DNA of 63,978 bases, filler included, from Sphacelaria rigidula (Eukaryota), in assembly GCA_964200075.2 (NCBI GenBank). It is 8 parts of 8 records of this genome, joined end to end, with 100 filler letters (N's around TTAATTAATTAA, not from the genome) between each part and the next. Parts side by side here need not be neighbours in the genome. Positions count along the whole stretch, not along the records: positions 32,042 to 39,951 come from CAXNAA020013008.1; positions 40,052 to 47,960 come from CAXNAA020013009.1; positions 48,061 to 55,969 come from CAXNAA020013010.1; 5 more parts are not named here. The stretch is one strand, 5' to 3'. Shown piece by piece: positions 37,473 to 50,286 of the stretch; the first letter of the stretch is position 1; each line of letters begins with the position of its first letter. Below the pieces are notes generated by a model. The model made no database searches and had not been told where the DNA came from. It was given only the letters and a program-made list of their open reading frames with translations. Both the position numbers and the translations under genes were made by a program.

Positions 37473-39692
37473 GCACATTAAAAACCGTTCCGATATCTGC
37501 GCGGTACATTCGCGCTGGGCATCGATGCGGACGCCTTCCGTGGTCACAGGCTAGCAAAAAGAACCCCAAAATAAAATAGACCCAGATTAAAACTCACAAA
37601 ACGCGATACAAGCAAAACAGCGATAAATATCAAAGAAGAAAGAGAGTACATATGGCTAACCTCAGAAGATCCGGTGCCCCAGGTGGCCATTCGGACTTCA
37701 GGGGGTGGCACCCGGCTTTCCAACTCGACGCGTGATGCCTAGTAGAAATGAACAGGGTCCGACTACGGGCGAGTCTCAAGGCCCCAAATACCGCCAACCA
37801 AAGAACTGGGAATCGCAAGGTTACATCTTTCGGCCTCTCGAGGGACAGCCATGCGTACAAACACACCAGGTGTATCAAGACAAGCACTGCATGACATGAC
37901 GACACCCCTCATCGGGGGGGTTCACCGCCTACCCCCCCCTTCTCTGGGCCGTCGTCATTGCTGTGCTGTTTGGGCTTCGTCGGTCTCCCATCTAATCGCA
38001 CGCAGTCGACTGGCCTCCTCTTCGTGTCTGTACCATGAGGTCATGAACCTCTCCGCTCCCTGCAACACTCCCGCGTGCCACGGCAACCTCCCCTCCTTGT
38101 TTGCTGCTGAGGTCCATAGGGCGCGGTCAATTCCGAATGCCTGGGGGTTGTCCTCCGTAGAACGCGTACGGCATATTTTCCCAACACAATACGGCCCAAT
38201 TTGACGAATCTGAATTAGATGCATGTGAGTTACGCGTATCTATTCTTTGATGTAGCGCTGGCACCCTTTCTGTGCCCGCAGTAAAAAGCAGCACAAGCTC
38301 TTTGTGCCATTGTATCGAGGACGCCGTACCCCAACATTCCGAAAATTACCCATCCAGCCCCCCAAGTATCCGCGAGACTGTCAGTCGGCCATGATGTTCC
38401 GAAGTGTAGTCTCGAGCCCAACGGGCTGCGTACGTCTGATTTGGAGCTGCTCTTGTACGCTATGAAGTCATACGTGACTCGATGCTACCGTGCAGCAGCT
38501 GCATGTAGTCTCTCTGAAGTGTCGGCAGAAGCATCGCTTGAGTGTACACCTTGCATTTCGTCAGCTTGAAAGACAACCGCACCTCGAAGGTACATGCACC
38601 GCTTTGTACCCCACGTGGAGGCGCATGCGCTGTTCGTTATGTTGTGCCCCACGGCGAGTTTTTGGGTGTCCACGCGACAGAACGACCCATGTCCTCGTTT
38701 CCCCATTTATACCAGGAGCTAAAGCTTGTCTTTATCCACAACGTTACGATTATGTGCACCCATAGACTTCATCGGTCACCGGAGGCATACTTTCCGCGTG
38801 TCCATCCCTGATTTAATACTTACAACGTTCCTGATTCTGCGGATGCTGATGTCATGTTGTGCAGGTTGTGGTGCTGTCTGGAGAGACAGGGTGCGGCAAG
38901 ACCACGCAAGTGCCGCAGTTCGTGTTGGACAGCATAATTAGCCAGGGCCAGGGCGGAAAGTGCAACATCGTTTGCACCCAGCCGCGCCGCATCAGTGCCG
39001 TGGGGGTCGCCGAGAGAGTAGCGGCAGAGAGGTACGCATCTACAATATAGGACCTCAGTTCAAGGTGGCAGGCTCCATTCACTTCTAAGAACATCGTCTA
39101 GCTGAGCATTACTTCACTACTCTGCGTATGGAAAACATCATTTTTTTTGTGAAATATAAGTTTTACCTGGGCAAATTACTGCAGATGCAATTTCCTCGCC
39201 GAGCTATGCGTCGCATTCGTCGATAGGAGCAGTAGTTGGTGGAGCACGGTGTGCACTAGCAATGATAATTTACTGTCAGAAGTATCGGCCGCGCATCTTC
39301 GTGATGTAGAGGAGAGACCACTGGCGATGCGGTATGGTGGGAGCCGCAGAGACTTTTTCGATACATCGCTGTGCGCTGGCACGGCTTTGCTCGTAAGGAA
39401 ACACCGTGTTCAAGCACATCTCTTTCCCATCACTGGTATTTACTGCGAGCACGCATCCGGCTCTCTCTTGTGGATGACGAGCACACTTTCGGCTCATCTT
39501 CCGCTCTTTGTCGTGTTCCATCGGCGCGGTGAAAGATGCGAGAATGTGGGAGGCACCGTGGGGTACCAGATTCGGCTTGAGTCGCGAATAGGACCGTCCA
39601 CGCGGCTGACGTTCTGCACCACCGGTATTCTCCTCCGTCGCCTTACATCGGACGATACGCTGGCCGGGGTGTCGCACATCATGGTCGACGAG
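33544..39692 (+). CDS. DEAH-box RNA helicase (DHX57/DHX36/DHX29 group), 5' part, spliced
   Basis: Confident exons 34044-34999, 35352-35462, 35859-~36302, 36839-36913, 38865-39031 and 39536-39692. Motifs [54 protein letters not shown]. Upstream exons near 33544-33654 and 33899-33956 are tentative. The gene runs off the contig. Confidence 0.93.
37430..37471 (+). repeat. (GTT)n microsatellite in helicase intron
   Basis: Direct trinucleotide repeat. Confidence 0.95.
37620..38800 (-). mobile_element. Decayed RTE-type LINE 3' portion, antisense within the helicase intron
   Basis: Translation [47 protein letters not shown] resembles RTE C-termini. MYLRGAV-x3-AD resembles the RT thumb YLG motif. 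Frames are broken. Confidence 0.6.
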
Positions 39693-40051
39693 GTGCGACG
39701 GCAGTAGGAAAGATTGGGTAACACTGCTGAAGTGCTCGTCTTCAGGCGGTCGCCGCTGTGCTTTGTCTTTTTTTTTATTCGTTTTCGTTTTCGTTCTTGT
39801 TTCGTTTCGGTATGATTGGTACTCTCCATCAGTCCTTTTGCTCGGTGTTTACGTTGCGATTTTTCGTTTTTCGTGGATGAAGTAATGGGGGGGGCGGGGA
39901 GGGGGGGCGTACTCATTTGTTGCTTGCCGTAGTTGTTTGACCATTGACCACNNNNNNNNNNNNNNNNNNNNNNNNNNNNNNNNNNNNNNNNNNNNTTAAT
40001 TAATTAANNNNNNNNNNNNNNNNNNNNNNNNNNNNNNNNNNNNNNNNNNNN

Positions 40052-41235
40052 GAAAACCTTTCAACTACGACCGGCTTCGTACTTGGGGATCGGAGTGTTT
40101 TGTGCATCAGCACAAGCAGCAACGCGGCGCCGCTGCAAAGTTCCACCCATATGCGAAGCGGGGCATCTTGGTGGGGCACGATCGGCACTCTCTCTGCTGG
40201 TATGTATGGCTGATACAGGAATCAAAGCTCGTCAAGTCTTCACACATCACGTTTGAATCAGAGTCCAAGATCCTAGACATCGTGGGGGAGCTGAAGGCGG
40301 TCGAACTCAGTGATGACGAGGACGAGCCATCGGCAGAAGTGGAAGCAGCGCCAATCGACGGCGATGATGGCCCGGGTGGACAGCCACCACAGGACTCGAC
40401 ATCATCGAAGCGCTCTTCTCCGGACAGTGGACTGCGCAGGTCCAGCCGACTGGCGCAACGGCATCGAGGGGACAACGCACAACGACGCTTCAGGAGTTCT
40501 GACGACAGCAGTTCTGATGACGGAAATTTCCTCGCCACCCTTCTACAAGAAGAGGACATAGACGCATTCTGCATGCTCGGGGGCGGAATCGTCACTGGAC
40601 CACAGGAACCGTCGACAGCGAAAGAAACCCTGGCAGAACCTGATGCTGACAGATGGAAAGTGGTCATGGAAGAGGAAACCCAACGGAAGGGCAACGAGCC
40701 TCACAGCCGAGAGGCCGGTGAACCGCTGGGACCGCGGGGGCCACCGGCGGCGCCCGTAATTCATATGACTCCAAGCGCAGACGAGCGCTCCAACGGCCCA
40801 AAGACCAAGGCATCACACACAAGAAACGAGCCGCAGGTCGGACTGGAGGATCAAGCCTCCTCTAACGGCGATGATCGTGAACGAGGCCGAGTCACCGAAC
40901 CACCGGAGACGCTGGGCGAAAACGAAGGAGCGCAGCTCGAAAATATATTCGTGCCAAGCGCGGAGGGTTCTGGCCTTGACCAAGAAGCGAAGGAACAGCC
41001 CGCAGTGAAGAAAACGACAAGGGCAGTGGAGGGACCATCTAAGGGTGCGGGATGCATGCCAAGCAAGGACAACCTCGCACACAGCAAACAAACGTTCAAG
41101 ATACCGTTCTCGACGAAGGATGTCAGAAAGGAAAAGGCGCCGGAAGTCGAGACGAGTCTGGAGGGTCCAGGTCCACCACGTGGCTTCTTTGGCATTCAAT
41201 GGAAAGAATCGTTTGCCTCGTATCTAGAACGTTGA
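40052..41235 (+). pseudogene. pol: Ty1/copia pol fragment (integrase C-terminal SH3-like region to start of RT), internally deleted
   Basis: LRTWGSECFVH...KFHPYAKRGILVGHD...WYVW...SSHITFE, LRRSSR and EPSTAKETLAEPDADRWKVVMEEE. The RT core is absent after about 40680 although the frame stays open. Confidence 0.85.
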
Positions 41236-41285
41236 GTGTGATCGTATCAGCTCTCTGCTGTCACCGCTATACGATCATGGGGGAG

Positions 41286-41521
41286 TGTGCAGATTATGTA
41301 TTGGACATAGATCTCATACGTAGATTCTCGGGCATATAGTCAACCAGCCTGGTAGGAGCCAGTGCGGTTCAGTACAAAGTACCGACAGGAACGGTCCGGG
41401 AACCAGTACTGTAGCCAGTGTTTAGTCTAGCCAGAACGGCTCCGCGGCTCTATATTGTAAGCTCTACAGTTGGGGTTTAGGGCTGAGATTCAGAGAGCGA
41501 AGGTTCAGATAGAGCTGTACA
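41286..41521 (+). mobile_element. 3' LTR of the copia element
   Basis: Polypurine tract GGGGGAG immediately upstream. Ends TGTGCAG...CTGTACA. TATA-like CTATATTGTAA inside. Confidence 0.7.
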
Positions 41522-41959
41522 CCAGCGGGTGACGTCTAAATGAAGAACGAAAAACACGGCGATGCAGCGCCCCACTGGGGTACGTCGTCTGCTCAACCCA
41601 TCAAGATCTCTCGTGACAATTGCCTTGCTCCGCTATAAAACGGTGCACTGCGAGGAAGCGCGCCACGGCCACACCAAACAACACCTCACAAGTGCACAAA
41701 AACGATCGCAGGGCTGCAAGGATGTTGTCTATCGTGGCGAACTACAGGTGCAAAGAAGATTACAGAGGTGCTCAAGATTGGGTAAATTCCGATTGCGGCT
41801 ACATTGAGGTGTCGACACTCGAGGTACCCTGAAATACTCGGTAGATTCAACAGGCGATACTGTTCTCTAAAACATTCAGTATTTCCAGGAGTGAGTACAG
41901 CCGGTACTCGGAACATTCCGTACTATCCCGAGTACTCTTGAGTACCACACCGAAGATTT

Positions 41960-43432
41960 CAAAGTTGTGTTCTGTAAGGTACGGGTACGTTCTGTAGGGT
42001 ATGATATTCCTTACAGAACTTACAGAAATATCGGGTACTGGTATGACGGTCTTACAGAAATTACAGGACTTGTCGGGTACGGTTTGGGAGGCTTGCACAG
42101 AAAACCGGTACCGGCGTTCGAGTAACTCTTTTGGGGCATGCCCACCCCTCGGGTTAGGGTAAAGTTTTCGTACAAAACCCACTGAACTGTCGGGTAAGGG
42201 TATGGGAGGCTTACAGAACTCACAGAAACTATCGGGTAGGGTATGGGGGTTGCACAGAAAACCGCACCCGCAACCGGGTATCATCATCACCCCTGTGGTG
42301 GGACCTACGTCACTACAACAGAGGCGACATACAGATGACAGTTTACGAAAACTCTGAACGGCTTCACGGGGTTGATAGACAAGGACTACACGAATAATCG
42401 CAGCACAACATGTGCAACGGATCGTCAACATATATCGGCTTCACGTACACTTCCAGAGAGTACATGAAGGAGCATTCGCGACTAAATCGCAGACGGCCTT
42501 GACTTTGTGCTGTAGATATCCATTACGGCCTGGGGTTTGATGACCACGACACAACCGCCATCAACGTCGACGACGGGCATCTTGCTACTTGCTCCCCTGG
42601 GTGGCGCAGATGAACTGCCCCCGCTCGAGCCACCACTCGAGTCTGGGGGTGATCCATCCTGACGGTCTACAGTGCTGCTCATTTTTCGTGTTCCCACTCA
42701 GCGGTATCTCGTATCCCGTCAGATTCCAAACCAAAGAACTTTTCAGCACTGAATCATTGTTGGTGTACAGTTTTGAATGAAGGAGTTGGGCGGGTTGATT
42801 GATGGGAGGTATATGTTCCGGTCATGAGGTTGTGTTTGGATTGAACCTATATCCGTACCTCCCCAAGGTATATAGCTGTGCTCATACCTTCAATCGGGTA
42901 TATCTATAACGGTAAACCCCAGGTAGGGGTATGGGAGGCTTTTAGAGCTCACAGAACTGTCGGGTACTGGTACTGGATAAGAAAGTCTTGAGGAAATTAC
43001 AAAACTCGTGGGGTACGGTATGGGAGGCTTACAGTAAAACCATGCCGGCAATCGGGTATTTCTTTAAGAGCATACCCGCGCTCCGGGTACGGGTAAACGT
43101 TGTGTACAGAACTCACAGAACTGTCGGGCAAGGGTATGAGAGCCTTACAGAACTCACAGAAACTGTCGGGTAGGATATGGAGGTTGCACCGAAAGCCGTA
43201 CCCGCAATCGGGTATCTTACGAAGAGCGTACCCGTGCCCCCCGGTGACGGTACCGAAGGCTTGGAGAGAATACAGAACTATCGGGTAAGGGTATGAAAGT
43301 CTTACAAAGATTACAGAACTGCCGGGTATCGATATGAAAGTCTTACAGAAGTCACAGAACCGTCGGGTACGGTAAATACCCGGCAAAATACCTCGGGTAT
43401 ACATGAAACGTACTCTACAGAACATAACCTTG
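41960..43432. mobile_element. Non-autonomous hAT element with TTACAGAAC / CGGGTA subterminal arrays
   Basis: TIR CAAAGTTGTGTTCTGTA ... TACAGAACATAACCTTG. 8-bp TSD GAAGATTT / GAATATTT. It appears inserted into an older GTACTC-rich repeat (~41800-43750). Confidence 0.85.
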
Positions 43433-44318
43433 GAATATTTCAGGAGGTAGGTACTCCAGGTATCCTAGCGTGATCAAAACTTTGTAGAAATCAACACTTA
43501 AGGTGCCCTGCAGCACTCAGTTTTTCAATTAATAGATAAATGCTGTGGTTACTTTGGAATAATCCCTGTCTACGATGGTCAATCCAGCTATTATACTGCA
43601 CTCTGGATCACCCAGTATGTCTCAGAGTTGGTACTCCAGGTACTCTGCAGTAGTGAGTGCTGGAAATACTTTGGAATCCAGAGTACCTGTAGTGCCGTAC
43701 TCTTTCCAAAGCACCGTTGCAAGATACCTGGTACGCAGTTATTCCGGGCACAAGAATGTATATCTTCCGTTTCTCATACAGCACCTTACATTAAAAATAT
43801 CAGCATCGTCGAGCTGAGGCGTGATGAAATCGGGATTTGGCAGTACGGTAACTTCAAAACGTTAGGGCTTCCACACATCAACAACAGGCAATCCACAGTC
43901 CTTCACGGGACACGGCCAGTACATGTAATCGGCTACGAGTACGAGTACACGCATTTTCTCTCAACAACTTTCAACTTTTGCGGGATAAAGCACCTGCTAG
44001 ATATGCTGTGGAGCAACTGTCATATTGTTTCCTATTTTGAAGCATTTCCGCTGCGTGCTCATCTACATGGAAATAATAATCATTGCCAAGATGACACGCT
44101 ACTAGAGACAAAATGGGCGAGCGGCACTCTACGTGACCTTCCCGGCCGACAGCACTGCAACATCCACGAAGCGGGTAGTTAACGCAAACACTCCAACCTC
44201 CTTGCTCAAAAATCATGACAAGAGCGGATTGGTACGCACACACGTCGGCATATTACGTGTATCTTTCCTTGAACAACTGAAACAGTCCGTCGTGCACGAT
44301 ACAATGGATTGTACTCAC

Positions 44319-44914
44319 CAGCCCTCGGAACTCGCCACAGCCGAATCCCATACATATCGAGGTGAACGGGTTTGTCCCTGCAGAGAGATAGACACCAACG
44401 TGACCGTAGGGAGAAATTAGGAGGTTGGGGCAGCCTAAGGGGCAGGGGCAGGTATGCTCGATGGCGGGTTTGGTTGAGCAATGCACGTAACGGCTCAACT
44501 GTTGTTTCACCATAAACATGAGGGAAAACGTGGAGCGGATCTCGCAGTATCTAGGAACATGCGACACGACTCGTTACAACAGTAGTGCTGTTTTTTTAGT
44601 CACACAAGCGCTCAATCCGCAGTGCGCACCGCAAAATGCTCACCCTCAGGGACAGCCTCAGCCAATGCAGGGGCTGTCGGAGCAGCCAGGGCAATAGAAG
44701 TGGACAACGCGCAAACTACAGCCAGGCTGCGAAGCTTGGATTTGAAGTCGAATGTTGACGCCGCCGCCAGAGTGTCATCATGTTTCTGCATGGCTACTGC
44801 TGTCACTGTCGTCCTTGTTCCGCCTTGCCTAGTCACAGGGACTGCCCCGGTGATGAAACCTTCTACAGCATGATGATTCAGGCCACAGAGTACCGCAAGG
44901 ACGGCAGTCTTCAT
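44319..44914 (-). CDS. Plastid-targeted, probably thylakoid-lumen protein of unknown function (first two exons)
   Basis: Exons 44914-44644 and 44377-44319 joined by a phase-1 GT-AG intron. Signal peptide ending VEG|F, Thr/Arg-rich transit peptide, second hydrophobic stretch ending PALA, then SICMGFGCGEFRGL. Confidence 0.75.
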
Positions 44915-46590
44915 GCTGTACTGGCGGGCGTCGATATCTGAAGGGTGACTTATCCTTGGTCGACTAGAAAGTGCCGCTACGTGTCTTGCAGTACGCTGGA
45001 GCATGACAGTACTTTCGTCCACCAACACTGAATGTCATTTTCCATCATATCTGCCAAGTTGCTGAGCGGACAGGCTCCGGCCAAGCACAGGCTGGGTGTT
45101 TGTATATTGTTGTTGCTTAAGCTGTAGGGAGAATGGGTGACAAATACTTCACACCTTCATGGGTACTGAACGCTAGGGATGATATTGGGCGCTCCCCGGC
45201 ATGGGAGGTGCGGGCCAGAGACATGTGCAATGCAAAGCCAGACCTCTTTGGCACGGCATATCCTTGATCTTGAAAGTACCATGAACCACGAAACACGTTT
45301 GCAACGACTGTTGAAAATTCGATTCAGATCCCGTACACTCCTACAATTGATGGATGTGCCTTCTCATCAGCATGTGCAGAAGAGACGCACAATGCAGCAC
45401 TGTGGTATACAGTATAGCGCAGTACAGTACCGACAACTCGATGCCCCGGGCTGTTTGCTCCAAGCGAATCCCTAAACCCACCCCACACCGCATTCACCCC
45501 AGGTGCTGTCTGACCAATTATATGACCGGGTTGAGGTCGTGCTCAAGTCCCATGGTCTTGGACACTTTTCGGATCTGTGCGAAGCAGAGCAGACCACTCT
45601 TCTTGAAGAAGCGCATCGTGCGCTTATCGCGGAGGACAATCCAGTGAGCAGGAAATTCGTATATGCGCAATATAGCTAGAGACACAAGAACAATGCATCG
45701 AAGTACAGTACAACGCGTACGAATCGGCATGTCCTCATTTTCGACGGACGTACACTTGCCGAGCGCTGTCCAAGCCATCACTGTGCCCCCGGTCCGTGTC
45801 CGTATGGTTGGTTGATGGATCAGACGATACTCTGAGGGGAGCAAATAAGTCATGTCAATAGTTGAACCCAACGCGAAGTGGGTCGCATCACTGCAGCGAG
45901 TGAGAGTTGACTTGAGATAGCAAGGCAGTCTAGTGTGAGATGAACGTGTTGACTACGCGTCAGAGTTTCGCGTCGCAACGGCAAGCACAGCAAAAAGAAG
46001 TGACGGGTAATAATCGTTCGCTGAAAAGGCCAAGCATGGATGTCTACCGCTGCATTTCCTTCTTCCCCACCACAGGTTTACCAAGCTTTTGAGGCGCATA
46101 TCAGCAAATCTATGGATGCTGAAATCGCTAAAGAGGCCAGGTAACACGCGGAAGGACAGAAATATACGGAACGTTCCTATACGAACAAACCGCTCAACAA
46201 CAACTCTTACATCGCACGTGGATCTGCAGCACAGACCTCGCCGCTAGCCACCACGAAAGAGAAACGGGTTTGCCACGTACTATAATATTCACACCGTCGT
46301 TCTAAGACCGAATGCACCATCTTTGACGGATGCTCGTCGGCGTATCGAACCGCTAGCTCTTGCTCTATTGGCTTGTGCCCTTAATAGCCAGCTGTTACGC
46401 CTGGAAAATGAGTAAGATTGTCGGTCGCGTGGCACGTGAAACGTAACGACGAATAGAGATCGTACTGAACGGCTAAAGCCAGGATTCACTGAAAACTAAG
46501 AAGCTCAATGTGGATGATGGTCAACAGCTAACTCGAAAACATCCCGAGTCGACGAAACTCAATACGGTATAGCAGTAGTGAGCGTGCAAC

Positions 46591-47451
46591 ATGCTGAACG
46601 AGTGGTTACCGCTTGACGGAGGTGTACGGGAAAGTGCGGTAACCAGACGCAGTCTCGGCCCCCAAACAACATTGTTTCCCTCGCGCGGAAGGGTGAGCCA
46701 AAATGAACATGGTGCCCGCGACGGGACCGACGAAGCTCTGTACTTGAAGCACATTCTGGAGATGGCTGCAGAGGGCGCAGTGTCGCTACTCAACCAGCTC
46801 CCTCGAGAGCACTTGGGCAGCTTGCGACTCATGCTGAATCAACCGATTCCATCACGCGCGAGGCTAGGAATGTGGCGGTTACTGCTCAAGCACAGAAATG
46901 TGAGTCGATAATGGAAGACAATTCCTTGCTATATATAGTTGTGGACTACACCAGGCCGGCATGAAGACCACGGGCAGTCCGCAGAGACGTGCTTGTGATA
47001 TCTATTTTCGTAGAATGTTGTTTCTCCTACATGCACTGAGATCATCGCAGACGGAGGATAAATCCAGGTCCTGGGACGTGTGGGTCTCGAGCCGAAGAAG
47101 CGCTGTCGGTATAATAATTTCGATCATGGACTGTGTTCAAACCCCCAAAGAGTGTCAGACCTTCTTCGACATCGGAACGGGCTCGTCTGGGTCCCCACGT
47201 TCATGTAGGGATGACATGTAGAGACCGTCTTTCGGTTTGCTGGCACCATGAAATGCACGCTCCATGTGCGATATCCGGCGATAGCTCGCCACCACGATGA
47301 ATGGACTACGATAAATATGTCCTCGTGGTAAATACGAATGGTTTGATATTGCTGGTGATTGCAGGCGCGGGAGGATTATGAGGTGCTCGCCAAGGAGGAT
47401 CGCAAGAGTACCATATCGGGGCAAGATGTTAGTATCACTCACCGTTCTCAG
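46591..47451 (+). CDS. Probable Rab-GAP/TBC-like protein (first two exons)
   Basis: Exons 46591-46899 and 47365-47451 (phase-0 GT-AG). IPSRARLGMWRLLL resembles the TBC IP-x2-R-x3-W-x2-LL signature. The family call rests on this motif alone. Confidence 0.6.
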
Positions 47452-50286
47452 GTACGCTCTCGAGGCATCCCTATTTTACATGTGGGAAAAAAACACTCGA
47501 AATGGTGCCCGATAGATTCAGCGATGAATAAATGCACAGTTTTATCCGTCATTGCTCTCGTAGAACGTAGAACGTTCCTACGCATCAAATTTGCTGCTCT
47601 TGTACATATTACAGCAACTAAGATGAAGTGAAATCGGCGCTGACAAATGCATCCCCGTGTTCCATTGATACCGGCATATCGCCGCGCCCGGGTGGTCTCA
47701 TGGCACAACCGACAGCATGGCGTCGGGGAAAATGCGAGCTCACTTCCCGTCAGATGCGTCTAGCTTGGATTTTTTTCTCAATTTTTTGTGATTTCGTCGT
47801 TGGATTTATGAGGACGTGAGTAGCAAAGGGAGGTTCTTTGGCTGAGTTTGTAAGACGGCAGTCGACGCGGTGCGGGAGTGCTGGTAATAGTCATGATCCA
47901 ATCCGCAATACCAAAATGTCAGGTGTGCACGAGGGGGTGGGGATGGGGGGGTGTACTCATNNNNNNNNNNNNNNNNNNNNNNNNNNNNNNNNNNNNNNNN
48001 NNNNTTAATTAATTAANNNNNNNNNNNNNNNNNNNNNNNNNNNNNNNNNNNNNNNNNNNNCTGAAAGTGTGGGGAAAGCACTGTTTTTGGCTTGAACCTC
48101 ATCTCGGATGTGAACCTCAATTCGCACAATTTGTTGTTCTAACCTCTCACCTTTAATGCTCGCTTTCATCGATGGCAACCATTTTTTGTTTTTGCTTTCA
48201 ACATGCCTCAGTGCAATCTCCAGCCTGCACGCTTGTTCACGTCTCTACGTCCCTTTACTTTGCCCCTTGCCCACCTTCTTTATACCGTGATGCGTTCCAA
48301 ACCCAAGTGCTTACACTCGGAACGTGACGAACTTCGTCACACCCGACATCATCCATGTTAGCTTCCGGCAGCATCTGTGGCTTGTTAGCGGCATCGTTTC
48401 TTTTCATTTTGGGCTCCGGTTCTTTCGGCGTTGAGCCGTCTTCTGTACAGTAAGGTGGTCAAATCATCTTCTTTTTCCCGGTGATTTTTGGGGGCCAAGA
48501 TTGGGGGGATCAGGAGTGTCCTAAGTTCTATATGGCCTTAGTTTTGAACTATTTCCCATAAATAACGAATATTTTACTTGTAGGGCAGGAAGATATGAAT
48601 TTCTCGAACTTGCATTAGCTCTGGGAAGTTACATCGAACTAGCAATAGGGTGATAAACTCATTGATATTGATGTTGAGCCAAGTCAGTTGATGCTTCGGC
48701 GATGAAGTTATTTCCTCAGTTCCTTGAACCTGAGATATTTTCCAATACTACAAGGTTCATTACGGGATAGTTCTCGCTGCCTGCAACATGTCGATTCCTG
48801 CGTTTGCTGTTTCTACACGCATATGCAGCAGTAGGTGGTAATTTGGTTGTCTAGATCGCGCGCCGGTAATTTGTCAGCTTGCAGTGTGTTCCTTGTAGTT
48901 CGATCGGTTTTTGCGGGCTCGTTCTTTTCGTGTACCGTACCGTCTTTGTGTAAAGCCATCCTTTGTCAACTCTTGGTTTTATGGTCATGAGTGGTAGGCT
49001 CCTTGCACCCCATGACCACGGGTCACATACGCTTCTTGATCTCCCACCATAATTAATTTAACATTTTTTGTCAGTTTTGTAGGGATGTGGGGACGGTATC
49101 CCCCCCGATACGGTGCCCAAACTTGTCATTTTCATCCGTAATCTCTTGCACGTTGGACGAGACGCCCGCGGACGAAACTGTCATGAAGGCGCATATTAGC
49201 CTGTTGTCATGCCGCTTCAGACCCGTTATCGAGTCTGGCTATTTGCCTTCTGGGGTTTCGGTAGCCAAGACTGCAGGCCGTCAGAGTTGGTCGGGTGCGA
49301 ATGTGAACCTGTAAATTACAGAGATGATACTGGCTTTGCTCGCTGAACACGAACAAAGCTTACACCATCGATCACTATCTACTGCTCCACTACTGCTTCC
49401 CAGCAGAAAGAAGTCTAAGCATCGGTGAGGCATATTTGGTTGGATTGATTGATTGGATAATGGAGTTAGAAACAAGACAATCAAAAAGAAGTTAGAACCA
49501 CCGCGTGAAACACTTGTCTGACCTTTGGACGCTGAGCCTATGTACCTCATCCGCAAGCTGTAGCAGCCTGACGGTTGTGCACTTGCCTCGTGAGGCTGTG
49601 CCTTGGATTGCAAGCTGTGTCCTTGCAATAATAGCCCTTCAGCTCTTCATTACATTGGCGTTTGACTAAGGAGCTTCTTCTTTTGCTATTGCGTTTCCTT
49701 CTTGATACCGATTTGTATCCCTGCCCGTCCAGCTGCGTGACCCCAGCTTTGTGATCACTTTTGCCCCCTTGCGTTTTTCTTCGGTACAGTAAATAGTCGA
49801 CCCTATCGCTTCTCGATAGTCAGTAGATTCTGGAAAGCTTCTGCCCTGTGTGTCCCTTGATAAAGAGTATTCGTGCCCTGCTACTTGCGACTTGCTGCAG
49901 CGCTTGACTACACATCTTGTGCTACGTGGGGTCAATGCGCACTGCTTGCTATTCTCGCCTTGCTGTCGGTTGTGACATAAACACCTGCACCGCGCCGCAC
50001 GCTGTAAGTTCCAACTGCACGACGTAAATCCCTTGGTGATTCAGCCGGCACGATCACAAGCCAAGCCATCGTTGGCTCGCGTATTTGGTCTTCTACTACA
50101 GGTTTGTACAGAACACCAGTGCACAAGGCGCACTGTTGTTCATAGTCTGCCGCTGTCCCTGACCTGATCTCCTGCCAAGTCAGCACTCTGCTGCTCTTAT
50201 TTTTCAGTATTGATTGTACGCGACCGTTGTATCTTCCCTTCAGGGAATTACTGAACAAGTACAACCCGTGCTCCAACAAAGTGACC

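Noticed and set aside
41975-43420. Regularly spaced repeats resembling a CRISPR array
   Set aside because: Units are degenerate without unique spacers and lie within hAT TIRs and a TSD in a eukaryotic context.
48200-50286. Purine-skewed minus strand resembling a decayed element
   Set aside because: Many stops and no motif that I can assign to a family.
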